IMG/VR virus record: IMGVR_UViG_3300045988_108551
From: a virus
Strand: one strand, 5' to 3'
DNA: 64,000 bases
Positions 46,474 to 56,167 of the stretch are shown one piece after another. A program made the translations under genes and the position numbers. The notes beneath the pieces were generated by a model. It searched no databases. It saw only the letters and a program-made list of their open reading frames with translations, and was not told where the DNA came from. Each line of letters begins with the position of its first letter. Position 1 is the stretch's first letter.

Positions 46474-46497
46474 GATTTCTAAAATATGATCAATAAT

Positions 46498-46881
46498 TCA
46501 TTCTACATCAAAAAGTTGATCTAACACCAATAATTCGGCATCCATATCTTCATCTTTCGGGAAACGAACTTTTATGTTTCCGAACTTAGATGTCTTAAAC
46601 AAGATGTAGGGGTTCATGTCTTCGGCAGTCACCGGCTTATATTCCTTAACTTCCGACATCTTGAGATACCAGTCGCCTATTTTCACAAACCCGGAGAAAA
46701 CAGAACACAGATGCGCTTTTACAGACAGTATTTCCCTTTTATCTTTAAAGGGTATAATTTCCTCCTTCCCTCTTATCCTGATTGACAGGAAAGGACGAAT
46801 GTTATCTGTTTCATTTTGGAACTTGAAGCCTGTTATGGCTTGTTTTGGGATTCTTCTTCCCATTAATATGAAATAAGCCAT
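46498..46881 (-). CDS. Hypothetical protein (127 aa)
   Basis: ORF. Confidence 0.65.
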   Translation of the reverse strand: MAYFILMGRRIPKQAITGFKFQNETDNIRPFLSIRIRGKEEIIPFKDKREILSVKAHLCSVFSGFVKIGDWYLKMSEVKEYKPVTAEDMNPYILFKTSKFGNIKVRFPKDEDMDAELLVLDQLFDVE

Positions 46882-46904
46882 TGTGATAAGTGATTTTATT
46901 TATG

Positions 46905-47255
46905 TTATATTGATTTCTTTCCAATCTTCTTAATCTTTGTTGGTCTTGACAATCGATAATCCTTTTCTATCGGCCTATCGAATACGTCATTCCTATATCC
47001 TTTATATCCTTTCTCGTAAATACTAACCCTTGCACAAAACTCAACCACATCGCCTGGTAATAAATCGGCGCTTTCGAATCCTTTTGTCAAATTAAACCAC
47101 AAATGATCTGTTACTATTTTACCATCGAGTAACACGTCTTGTAAAAGTATTGTCTTTACAGGTCCTTTATACCCATCCCTGAATCCAAAACGAATGAATG
47201 TCGCTGTAAATACGTGCCGATCTCTTGATCCTATTATTTTCAGTTCTTTTCTCAT
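46905..47255 (-). CDS. Hypothetical protein (116 aa) immediately downstream of the ABC ATPase
   Basis: 6-nt gap to the ATPase gene. Confidence 0.6.
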   Translation of the reverse strand: MRKELKIIGSRDRHVFTATFIRFGFRDGYKGPVKTILLQDVLLDGKIVTDHLWFNLTKGFESADLLPGDVVEFCARVSIYEKGYKGYRNDVFDRPIEKDYRLSRPTKIKKIGKKSI

Positions 47256-47261
47256 TCTCTT

Positions 47262-48074
47262 TCATTTATTTGTTTCACTTATGAAATTGACAACATCCTT
47301 TAGATATCCTTCTGTCATCTCTATGAAATTCACACAATCTAATTTGCTTAACTTGTAAATCAACGCCGGATTGTGTACTATGGCTATAATTTGTGTTTGT
47401 GGTTTATGGAATGATAATACATTATAAATTTGCATTATGTTATCAATATCAAGATTCCTATCTGGCTCATCCATGAGAACCGTGTATTCAAAACTGCTTT
47501 CTGTTAATGTTATGCGGTTTCTTTCATAATACTTCAACAGGTTATCAATTCTTTTAATCCAAAACGCATTTGATTTTTTCTTGTATTCTACAAGATCTTG
47601 TATTGGAAATGTATAATCCTTTTGACCGAACATTAAATTGAAAAGTGATTCCAATGACAACACCACTTTCTCTCCATAAGATCTTCGAATATTATTCACA
47701 TACAAATCTAAGTTGCTGATGTTTTTCAATACGCTATCTCGATTCATCTCCGCCGATGGCAATAAACGGAATACTTTCCCTGCATAATCGGATGATATGT
47801 CAATCCCATCAAGAACCTTGTCATCATCATCATCATCAAATATAGGTGGAAAATCCAGTGCCTCGATCGGTATTTCAGAGCACATGGATTTCTCACATAA
47901 CGCATACATTGATATGATGTTAAGCAAGGTCGATTTTCCACTACCGTTTTTCCCTATAATCACATTCACTCCTGGCTTGAAAATAAATTCTCTGCCATTT
48001 TCAAATGCTTCTATATCCGAAACATATTCAAATGGAGTTTTTGTATTGTCTTTTATTTTTACTGATGTTATCAT
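47262..48074 (-). CDS. Standalone ABC-type (RecF/SbcC-like) ATPase, 270 aa
   Basis: Walker A GKNGSGKST, SYGEK (signature-like), Walker B VLMDEPDRNLD, H-loop AIVHNP, and an acidic DDDDDD insert. Confidence 0.85.
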   Translation of the reverse strand: MITSVKIKDNTKTPFEYVSDIEAFENGREFIFKPGVNVIIGKNGSGKSTLLNIISMYALCEKSMCSEIPIEALDFPPIFDDDDDDKVLDGIDISSDYAGKVFRLLPSAEMNRDSVLKNISNLDLYVNNIRRSYGEKVVLSLESLFNLMFGQKDYTFPIQDLVEYKKKSNAFWIKRIDNLLKYYERNRITLTESSFEYTVLMDEPDRNLDIDNIMQIYNVLSFHKPQTQIIAIVHNPALIYKLSKLDCVNFIEMTEGYLKDVVNFISETNK

Positions 48075-48085
48075 TGTAATCCTTT

Positions 48086-48922
48086 TTAAAAATCAATTAC
48101 CGCCCGAACCCTGCCACTGCCGTACTTGCCGTTGCTGCCCGTGATGCCATTGGAGAAGATCACGCACCACGCGTAGTTCTGGCTGTCCTCAGTACTGGAC
48201 CAATACCACGCCGAGCCTAACGGTTCTGCGCCTATGTATTCAAGCGCATCGTTTATGCTGTCTTTGTAATGCGCCATTAGGTTGAGTTGTCTCAACGGAG
48301 GGATGTATTCGCCATCTTCCAGCAGATTTTTCAACTTTGGATTTCTGGCTACAAGGCGTTCCGTATTTTTCTGTCCGTCGAAATCAAACAGCGCATCACA
48401 TTCACGTTCGTAATATGTCCCACTTCCGGATTCTTCACGGCTATCATCGTCAAGCAATTGTACGCTATCATGCTCCGTCAGTGAGATAGCAAACGATACG
48501 TCTTTGTGCTTTAATCCGATATAACGCACATTCTCTTTAATATTCTCTCCAGTAAACGGCTCAGCGTGTCCGTTTCCGTAGATTAGATACAAACCATCTT
48601 TTCTTGATGGTACTCTATTTTCACATACGCATCTTTCATTTTTGGGACTTACAATTATGTTCAACTCATTCAACACATGATCTTTTACAACCTCCTTACA
48701 TATTCTTCTTACAAAATCAGAATCTCTTTGTTTAAGTTCGTCATTAACCATACATCTGATCCAATACTCTATTTGATTGTTATTCCCATATGTATTATTC
48801 ATACACTGTTTTACAAGTTTTTCCAATAATGGTTCTATGTTTTTGATTATATCTTCTTTGGTAAGGTGAAGTTCATTTAATATGCAGTTCCTTACCGCCT
48901 TGTATTCTTTACTTGCGCTCAT
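48086..48922 (-). CDS. DUF1566/Lcl-like (C-type-lectin-fold) domain protein
   Basis: C-terminal YIPPLRQLNLM ... AWYWSSTEDSQNYAWCVIFSNG ... GSGRVRAVIDF fits the DUF1566 pattern (RLPT..EL ... YWSST ... vRcV) as I recall it. Confidence 0.8.
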   Translation of the reverse strand: MSASKEYKAVRNCILNELHLTKEDIIKNIEPLLEKLVKQCMNNTYGNNNQIEYWIRCMVNDELKQRDSDFVRRICKEVVKDHVLNELNIIVSPKNERCVCENRVPSRKDGLYLIYGNGHAEPFTGENIKENVRYIGLKHKDVSFAISLTEHDSVQLLDDDSREESGSGTYYERECDALFDFDGQKNTERLVARNPKLKNLLEDGEYIPPLRQLNLMAHYKDSINDALEYIGAEPLGSAWYWSSTEDSQNYAWCVIFSNGITGSNGKYGSGRVRAVIDF

Positions 48923-48979
48923 AATATTCTATGTGATTATATACCTTATAAAATTATTCATATCGTTTATATTTTGCTG

Positions 48980-49234
48980 TTACCAAGCGAGATAAAAATT
49001 CCGCTTCACAATAATACAGTGAGTGTAATTGCTCAGGTCGATTCCGTTGTCCGTAAATGTATCCAGGACCCGTTTTTCCACGTATTTGAGTTTTACTGTT
49101 ATCCCCTTCTTAAACACTTCTATTAACTTCTCATTGCACTCAATAGGTCCAATAAGACAGTATCTATTCGAAGGACTGTCTGATATACAATATGTCTGAC
49201 ATCCTAACATGTTGCTTAAAATATTCTCATACAT
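48980..49234 (-). CDS. Hypothetical protein (84 aa)
   Basis: ORF. Confidence 0.55.
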   Translation of the reverse strand: MYENILSNMLGCQTYCISDSPSNRYCLIGPIECNEKLIEVFKKGITVKLKYVEKRVLDTFTDNGIDLSNYTHCIIVKRNFYLAW

Positions 49235-49403
49235 ATTTTCTATATTTTACAATTCTTAGCTATGTTACTTAATTCAGCGGTCATTATCAGATCTGATAGT
49301 GATCGCCCCGTATGCGCATTTTCGAATAAATTTTACTTTTAATAATTTTCTCATTAGAGTTATCCTCTATTTACTTTTTTTTCTTTATTTCTTCCGCGAT
49401 CTC

Positions 49404-49568
49404 TTATAATGTTGTCGGAGATAAATAATCATCTACCCTCAACTCTCTTACATAATCTAAGCAATCCAGACCCTTAGCATCTATTTCCTGCCTCTCTTCG
49501 TCGACCCACCTTAAAGTGCCATTTTCTCCACATTCCGGGCATTTATCTGCCCCACACGGAAGAAGCAT
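49404..49568 (-). CDS. Small zinc-ribbon protein (about 54 aa); coordinates approximate
   Basis: MLLPCGADKCPECGENGTLRWVDEERQEIDAKGLDCLDYVRELRVDDYLSPTTL read from the minus strand of a 370-nt gap. Shorter than the ORF-track cutoff. Confidence 0.35.
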   Translation of the reverse strand: MLLPCGADKCPECGENGTLRWVDEERQEIDAKGLDCLDYVRELRVDDYLSPTTL

Positions 49569-49607
49569 TTGCGCCCCACATAAGACACATCTTACCCAGT
49601 CTCCGTG

Positions 49608-49835
49608 CTACACCCCTTCGTATGTTCTTGTTTTCATATTTGTCATTTTATCATTTACAACTTTCACTTCTTCGCTCCACAAATGTCTCTTATATATCGG
49701 AGTGATGCCGATCAGAATACCACTATCTTTGCCCCAATATTGAAGTGTTTTGGACTCAATTTTATGATGCAATTCCTGTATTCCTCCTTTGTTTCTGTCA
49801 TAAGGATAAAAATCAGATAATTTTACCGTTTTCAT
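49608..49835 (-). CDS. Hypothetical protein (75 aa)
   Basis: ATGA overlap with the upstream paralog gene. Confidence 0.5.
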   Translation of the reverse strand: MKTVKLSDFYPYDRNKGGIQELHHKIESKTLQYWGKDSGILIGITPIYKRHLWSEEVKVVNDKMTNMKTRTYEGV

Positions 49836-50569
49836 TTTTCTGGATTTTCAGTAGTTCCTAAAAGACATTCATTACCCTCAAAATGAATACAATAATCCCA
49901 TAATGTTCCATTGGAACATTCGTACTTATAAGGCAATCCATTATAATCGTCCACAATTTCCCTTGCAAACAAACTGATATTCCATTTTTTATTTCCTTCT
50001 TTTCTTACCAGCACTTTGTCAAACGGCTTAAAATCATATTTCGGCTCTTCTTTAATCCCGAAGAAGCGTTTCAGATATTCTTTTGCTTTAGGATTTTCGC
50101 TTTTCTTTAACGCTTTAATCATCTTCTGTTTTTCCGAATCTGTTGCAAGTCTATAACATTCTATGTAGTTTTCGTGTGCAGCCAAATTATCCGATATATT
50201 AAGTTTTGTTCCCGCTGCAAGACTCGCATACAAAGATGTTAAATATTTCCCATGCATATTTAAAATAAAAATAAAACTTCCATCTCCGTTGCTTAACACA
50301 TCTCCATCTTTAAATGTAGTATATTCCGGGACTTCAAGAAGGAGGCGATTTTCGCTGCTAATTGCTTTTCCTGTAGCAAAAAACCAATCTACCGATACAG
50401 GAATCGAATGAATTACAACCAATAACGGACAACTTGACGAATTGTCTTCATATACGATTTCTACTCTATTTCGTCCTTTCTCTGTCACAATCTGACCTAC
50501 TATTTCCCCTGTGTTTATTTTTTTCACCGTTTCTAAATCAAACGGGATTGTTACCATTTTATGCTCCAT
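49832..50569 (-). CDS. Hypothetical protein, tandem paralog A (245 aa)
   Basis: Shares PFDL.T..KI..GEI.G, FKKGDVL, KPF..VLVR, W...LF.R and YEC..G....C...EGNE..LGT with the adjacent gene. Confidence 0.75.
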   Translation of the reverse strand: MEHKMVTIPFDLETVKKINTGEIVGQIVTEKGRNRVEIVYEDNSSSCPLLVVIHSIPVSVDWFFATGKAISSENRLLLEVPEYTTFKDGDVLSNGDGSFIFILNMHGKYLTSLYASLAAGTKLNISDNLAAHENYIECYRLATDSEKQKMIKALKKSENPKAKEYLKRFFGIKEEPKYDFKPFDKVLVRKEGNKKWNISLFAREIVDDYNGLPYKYECSNGTLWDYCIHFEGNECLLGTTENPEK

Positions 50570-50573
50570 AATC

Positions 50574-51311
50574 TTATTTGTTTTTATTAGTTCCTAAAAA
50601 ATGTTCGTTCCCTTCGTATGGGATACACTGACTAAATGTTACGCCTCCTAAACATTCATATTTGTCGTCTATTTCTGATCTTCTGGAGAATAAATGCAAT
50701 TTCCACCTCTCTTGGTTGGTTCTTCTCACCAGCACTCGTTCAAATGGTTTGAGGTCGTGTTTCGGCATCTCATCTAATAGATACTTATATTCACTTAAAT
50801 AATGTTTTATTATATCTATTTTTCTACTGTCTTCGACTTTTATAATCTTTTCTGCTAAAAATTTCTTCTCTTCTTCTATAGCCTTTCTTACATGCCGTTT
50901 TTTATCTTCGTCATACACATCAGTCCATAATTTGTAATCAAACCCAATATCTCCATATGTTGTCATTCCACATATACATCCCATTACCCCTTTGGTAATA
51001 ATTCCATCATATATGAATTGATATCCATCAGTGCTTGTTAATACATCTCCTTTCTTAAAATACGCCCCAGCCTCTACCCTCAATTCCAGAGTGGCATCAG
51101 CAAAAGTACAACCTTCTGTGTTAGCATATATAGCGCTTATCCCATATCCATCTTTTTTTACAAAAAGCAAATTATAAGGACTTGCACAGTTTTTCGACTC
51201 ATATACAAATTCTATTTCAATATCATTAATTAATACCGAACCTTCTATTTCTCCGCTTTTAATTTTTCTCGCCGTATTTAAATCAAACGGAACAATAATT
51301 GGATTTTCCAT
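50574..51311 (-). CDS. Hypothetical protein, tandem paralog B (245 aa)
   Basis: See paralog A. Identical length; 4-nt spacer between the two genes. Confidence 0.75.
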   Translation of the reverse strand: MENPIIVPFDLNTARKIKSGEIEGSVLINDIEIEFVYESKNCASPYNLLFVKKDGYGISAIYANTEGCTFADATLELRVEAGAYFKKGDVLTSTDGYQFIYDGIITKGVMGCICGMTTYGDIGFDYKLWTDVYDEDKKRHVRKAIEEEKKFLAEKIIKVEDSRKIDIIKHYLSEYKYLLDEMPKHDLKPFERVLVRRTNQERWKLHLFSRRSEIDDKYECLGGVTFSQCIPYEGNEHFLGTNKNK

Positions 51312-51351
51312 ATCTTTTCGTTTTTAATTGTTATAAAATAAGATGGGTTAC

Positions 51352-52413
51352 TTACGCCCATCCCAGTTGTTTTGCAATACTTTCCATCTCGCTATACGCA
51401 ATACGATGACATCCAGCAGTCAGTATATCGTTTTTATACCGGTTTATTCTCCACCTGTTGCCGTCTACGTCCTCTACCAGGCCATGCCGGAACTGACCTC
51501 CCTGGTGCAACAGTGACACAACCTGCCACATTCTTCTGGCCTCTTCTATCCCGATTTTTATTTCTTTGCTTGTTTCAATAATCCCTCCTTTTATACGCAT
51601 CCAAACATTTGGTTTATCATAAGAAGTAAGATCACACGCATGCAAGAAATCAAGTTCTCCTGACTTCCATTTTTCTAATTTTTCATGGAAATCCCTACTA
51701 CGTTCTTCTTCCAGCTCTTTCAGTTTCCTTAACTTTTCAACCTCTTGTACTTCTCTACTTATTCTATATTTTTCAACTCTTTCCCGATATTTCAACCAAG
51801 TTCCTTCACCACAAACTTCATCTACAACCACATTAACGGTTCCAAGGACTTCCAGTGCTTGATGATTCAACAATATCTGGAAAATACGTTTCAATTCACT
51901 GACATGTTCACGTTTAATCTTATCTGATTTCCGTGATAATTCATGGTTAGTTCCAAGCCATTCGTTTGCACTCTTTTTAAGAAGACTCTGAGGAGTTCCC
52001 ATATCGAAGAACTCAATATAACCCATCAGATTTTTAAACGCTCCCCAAACATTCTGATAAGGCAATTCAGTTCTGGCTTTCTTGTATTTTTCAATAGCAT
52101 CTTTAATGGATTCCAACCCACTGGTGGCAAATGCCATATTACCATTATTTGACATATTATATCCAACACTGAATACCTTTGAGCCAGTTGGTATTGCTTC
52201 ACGAACATAATATTGATGCCTGCTTGTAGTAGAAGAATAATATCTATCATTAATCAAATACGCCTTTTCTCCACGCTTGTTTCGCACGATTCTTCCAACC
52301 TCAAAATGTCTTCCATAGGAGTAAATACTTTGTCCTTCAAAATAGAAGTTACTACCATTTGCTGATTCTTGACTTTCATTTGCCCACAAGTGAGCGACCA
52401 TTGAATTGTTCAT
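51352..52413 (-). CDS. Hypothetical protein (353 aa)
   Basis: ORF. Confidence 0.8.
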   Translation of the reverse strand: MNNSMVAHLWANESQESANGSNFYFEGQSIYSYGRHFEVGRIVRNKRGEKAYLINDRYYSSTTSRHQYYVREAIPTGSKVFSVGYNMSNNGNMAFATSGLESIKDAIEKYKKARTELPYQNVWGAFKNLMGYIEFFDMGTPQSLLKKSANEWLGTNHELSRKSDKIKREHVSELKRIFQILLNHQALEVLGTVNVVVDEVCGEGTWLKYRERVEKYRISREVQEVEKLRKLKELEEERSRDFHEKLEKWKSGELDFLHACDLTSYDKPNVWMRIKGGIIETSKEIKIGIEEARRMWQVVSLLHQGGQFRHGLVEDVDGNRWRINRYKNDILTAGCHRIAYSEMESIAKQLGWA

Positions 52414-52425
52414 ATAAGTATCTTT

Positions 52426-52740
52426 TTAATTGTTTAACTTACCTCTACTATATAATCCTCTTTGTTCATATTTTTCAATACATTCGGTTATCATATCGCA
52501 GAACACTTGCCCTTCTTTTTCGGAACCTCTGAAGTAACCAATCATCTTCAGGATATTCCCGTTAAACTCATGGACAAACTTGTTGTAATAATGTTCCCCC
52601 ATAACTTTCCCGTATTTTTCCATGAACAAATTCTTGTCCAGTGATTCATCCTTAAAACAACGGTTGTAATCCCATCTTACAACACGAAACAATGTTTCAA
52701 AATTCAATCTTTCCATATCCTGTATTTTATTTAAGCTCAA
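52426..52740 (-). CDS. Hypothetical protein (104 aa)
   Basis: ORF. Confidence 0.6.
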   Translation of the reverse strand: MSLNKIQDMERLNFETLFRVVRWDYNRCFKDESLDKNLFMEKYGKVMGEHYYNKFVHEFNGNILKMIGYFRGSEKEGQVFCDMITECIEKYEQRGLYSRGKLNN

Positions 52741-53623
52741 ACCTAATATCTTCCGGCAACTGAGAGCGGTCCACCTTGTTCACAAAATCATCAAACTCTT
52801 CCTGTGTGATTTTTTCTCCATAACTGTTCCAGTTGAAAGATAAAGTATTTAAGTGAGGGTAATATATAGCATTATCAGTAGACAACCCATAATCAAACAC
52901 ACAGAGCATTATCTTTTTTTCTGCTTCTGCTTGTCTGATTCTCTTATCGTATCGCTCACAAATTTCAGCACGCTTTTTCAACATCTCTGCCTTATGATCC
53001 TCTTCCCTACGTTTTTCGATATTTTCTGCGGAATAATACCTGGCTTTAACGCGATCTTCAATAAGAGATCGTTCCTCGTCCGTTAATGTCAAAGTAAGCC
53101 TTTCCTTTTCCGGCATATACGGATTTACCCATTTCTTGCCACACAGGTCTTCAAGTTCAACAAGAAGCTCGTCTGATTCACGTTTCCATCTATCCACAAT
53201 CCCCAGATTGAAAAGCAGATACTTGAAATACATCTTATCCTCAGAGGCTTTATATAATTCTACGCATTCTTGTTCTGATATACGCAAATACTCCATTGCC
53301 ACAGACATACCACTTCTTCTAACGTAATATATGCCATTTTCCACCGGATACATAGGAGCACCATAATGGTTACAAAGATGCAACGATATGAATTTCGCCA
53401 ATTCCGGAAAATGTTTTGCAACTTCATCGTGGCAGCAACCTCCCATATACTCTACATACGTTCCTTGTTGATCTTTCTGTCTAATATCAGCCGTTACGCT
53501 CCAGTCACACATATTGTTATGACAATCATCATCTAAAGATATTGTGACTGTTATTCTGTATTCTTCTTTGTTTTCTGTAAAGAATTTTGTACTTGAATAA
53601 ATTAGTTTGTTTGCAGTTTCCAT
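52727..53623 (-). CDS. Hypothetical protein (298 aa), Cys/His-rich N-terminal region
   Basis: ORF; DDDCHNNMCDW ... GGCCHDE. Confidence 0.8.
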   Translation of the reverse strand: METANKLIYSSTKFFTENKEEYRITVTISLDDDCHNNMCDWSVTADIRQKDQQGTYVEYMGGCCHDEVAKHFPELAKFISLHLCNHYGAPMYPVENGIYYVRRSGMSVAMEYLRISEQECVELYKASEDKMYFKYLLFNLGIVDRWKRESDELLVELEDLCGKKWVNPYMPEKERLTLTLTDEERSLIEDRVKARYYSAENIEKRREEDHKAEMLKKRAEICERYDKRIRQAEAEKKIMLCVFDYGLSTDNAIYYPHLNTLSFNWNSYGEKITQEEFDDFVNKVDRSQLPEDIRFELK

Positions 53624-53634
53624 ATTATTTTAGT

Positions 53635-53871
53635 TTAATCATTACGCTTGTAAAAAATAAAATCTGCACATTCTCCCGGTGTATTATTAGCGTTATTGTA
53701 CCAATAAAAACCTTCTGTTTTCCAGTCTACATCTACGGGATCTTCTTTTACTCGTTCCAAGAAATTCCTTATTTCTCGTTCTTCATTATCTGACAAACCT
53801 GTATAATCACCATTTATCAGAGCACGAGCCCAATAAACTGGAAGCCTGTATCTTGTTACCTTTATACTCAT
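53635..53871 (-). CDS. Hypothetical protein (78 aa)
   Basis: ORF. Confidence 0.55.
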   Translation of the reverse strand: MSIKVTRYRLPVYWARALINGDYTGLSDNEEREIRNFLERVKEDPVDVDWKTEGFYWYNNANNTPGECADFIFYKRND

Positions 53872-54260
53872 AGCTTCATTAATTTACAATTACTATCTTC
53901 AAATACAGGGACCATGCCCTGTCCCCTGAAATAAGCAGTAGCTAACTTAAAAGCGTACAGCGGATTCACTTTCTTAATTTCTCGCTGTGATTTATAGAAA
54001 GATAACGGCTGACATATATAGAAATTTTCATTGCCAAGACTCCCAAAAAGCCAATCCATACTACCTTCATCACAATTAGTGCTACCCAGTATTATTAAAT
54101 CACATCCGGTCTTCCGGGTCCCTAAGATGAATGTCTTGTTCTTATTCTCTGGCCGCATAAATATCTCTTTATCAATATTAAACCAATCACTTTGGCAACT
54201 TTCTACATCCCTTAGAACGATCTCGTCAATCTCACGGGCATATTCTTCTTGTGTTTTCAT
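53868..54260 (-). CDS. Hypothetical protein (130 aa)
   Basis: ATGA overlap. Confidence 0.65.
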   Translation of the reverse strand: MKTQEEYAREIDEIVLRDVESCQSDWFNIDKEIFMRPENKNKTFILGTRKTGCDLIILGSTNCDEGSMDWLFGSLGNENFYICQPLSFYKSQREIKKVNPLYAFKLATAYFRGQGMVPVFEDSNCKLMKL

Positions 54261-54272
54261 AAGGCATGTTAT

Positions 54273-54686
54273 TTAAAAGAAACTCCAACAATATGTCACA
54301 ATAAATTCCCTCATTCCGTATTCAGCAAGCTGCTGAAACGATTCTATCCCATTACAATAATAAAAAACATTATCATTATCATCATCGTTGATACTCAGCG
54401 ATAGTTTGATTGTCACTCTTTTATCGTCTCCTGTTTCTTTCCACACAATCTGACATTCTACGTATTCAGGCTCCTTACCTGTTCTTTCTACAAATTCAAG
54501 GAATCTTAAATCAATTTCATATTTGACTCCTTCAACATTAGATATCACTACCTCGTTTTCACAATCACTGCAAATAGCATGCATGAAAGCTCCATCAAAA
54601 TAATCTATTATTTTTCCGGTATTCGGATTTACTATGGCTTCACAGGCAACATTTGTTCCACCACATCTTGTACATATATATCCCAT
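54273..54686 (-). CDS. Zinc-ribbon hypothetical protein (137 aa)
   Basis: CTRCGG ... C ... CSDCE motifs. Confidence 0.65.
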   Translation of the reverse strand: MGYICTRCGGTNVACEAIVNPNTGKIIDYFDGAFMHAICSDCENEVVISNVEGVKYEIDLRFLEFVERTGKEPEYVECQIVWKETGDDKRVTIKLSLSINDDDNDNVFYYCNGIESFQQLAEYGMREFIVTYCWSFF

Positions 54687-54898
54687 AATTATCTGTTTTT
54701 AAAATGTTCAATAATTTCATCTACCGTAGCCTTACGCCATGTGATACAGCCCGCGTCTCCCCTAAACCGGAGCTCTTCGCACTTCACCCACCTGTCTCCC
54801 GTGGCGTCCGTCACTATCAGCCATTGACCTGAATCAGTATTATTTGTAATTCTTTGGTGTTCTTTCTGATAATATACCCCCGTGATCTCCCCATCTCC

Positions 54899-55708
54899 TC
54901 ATTCTTTCAAGTTATATTCTTTCATTATTTCTTCTATCAATTCGTCTGTTTCCATATAATAACCCCAACAGGAATCAACCTCTTCCCATTCTTCTTCCTC
55001 TTCATCCTCCCTGGATTCATCTTCGTATTTCTTGACAAATTTCACTTTCTTTTCAAGCACATACCCCTTTACATCTCCCCACATCCATATACCTATGGAT
55101 TTCACCTCATCATCTATAATCTTGGCACAATCTTCTTTCCAGTTCTCTTTTTCATTATATATTTTTTCATATCTATCTTTTGTGACATACGCTATCCCCT
55201 CCACATAATCTCCTTGACTATGACCCCTTGTTGACCACTCTTTTACTAATACGTCTTTTTCGTATTCGTTTATGATTTTTAATAGATCTTCGTCATCTAA
55301 GCATTCTATTAATTCCGTCTTATAATCCAAATCCTCCAAATCTTCTGGAAGAAATTCTTCTTGCACGTATGAAAAGCTCTCATACCTCAATTCCCACAAA
55401 TGAGTACTTCCATTGTATATAAATGAAACATTATTTGCTTTTCCTTCTTTTAGGTATTTTATAATATCTTCCTGCTTTACATGCTCCACCACAATAGCTT
55501 CAAGCACATCTCTTAATCTATGATTATTATTGTAGAAGAAAGTTTTCCAATTGCATTCATCATGTAATCTACTGGTATCGGAATATTCAAAAAAATACAA
55601 TCCGCACATATCCCAATTAATTATAGGACTTTCACCGCTATAATCGTCATAATAGATCTTAATGCGATAATTGCCTACTTCTTTTGTTGTAATAATTCTG
55701 TCTTCCAT
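54899..55708 (-). CDS. Hypothetical protein with a poly-Glu C-terminal region (269 aa)
   Basis: ORF; ESREDEEEEEWEE. Confidence 0.75.
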   Translation of the reverse strand: MEDRIITTKEVGNYRIKIYYDDYSGESPIINWDMCGLYFFEYSDTSRLHDECNWKTFFYNNNHRLRDVLEAIVVEHVKQEDIIKYLKEGKANNVSFIYNGSTHLWELRYESFSYVQEEFLPEDLEDLDYKTELIECLDDEDLLKIINEYEKDVLVKEWSTRGHSQGDYVEGIAYVTKDRYEKIYNEKENWKEDCAKIIDDEVKSIGIWMWGDVKGYVLEKKVKFVKKYEDESREDEEEEEWEEVDSCWGYYMETDELIEEIMKEYNLKE

Positions 55709-55719
55709 GTCTTTATATT

Positions 55720-56118
55720 TTAAATAGTTCCTAACTTTTTATCAATAAATTCATCTATTTCATCATAGTATGATCCATCGAAATCATAATTCCCATATTT
55801 CTCTGTAAACTCTTTAGCCCACTCTCGAATGATGTTAAATGCCTGTTCCCTGCTATATTCTTTTGGTCCTGTTAGATACTCCACAGCTTCCACCGATAAC
55901 TCTTGCAGATTTCGTAAGTAATTTAAACCAATGCTATATGGTAGCTTACCTACTTCTATACATACATGATGATCTTGTTTAAAGGCGTCCTGCAAGTCTT
56001 CAAGACTCTCTATCAATGACTCGGACTCATCATCTACCCTCACCTTGTATAACTCAAAATCTTCATTTTCTGCCGACACCCATATCTTGTAGGCTTTTCG
56101 TTGGATAATCTTTTCCAA
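55720..56118 (-). CDS. Hypothetical acidic protein (132 aa)
   Basis: ORF. Confidence 0.6.
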   Translation of the reverse strand: MEKIIQRKAYKIWVSAENEDFELYKVRVDDESESLIESLEDLQDAFKQDHHVCIEVGKLPYSIGLNYLRNLQELSVEAVEYLTGPKEYSREQAFNIIREWAKEFTEKYGNYDFDGSYYDEIDEFIDKKLGTI

Positions 56119-56167
56119 ACAAATCCGTCACTGAACACAATTAGGCTACCTGTTACTATCGTTCCTT

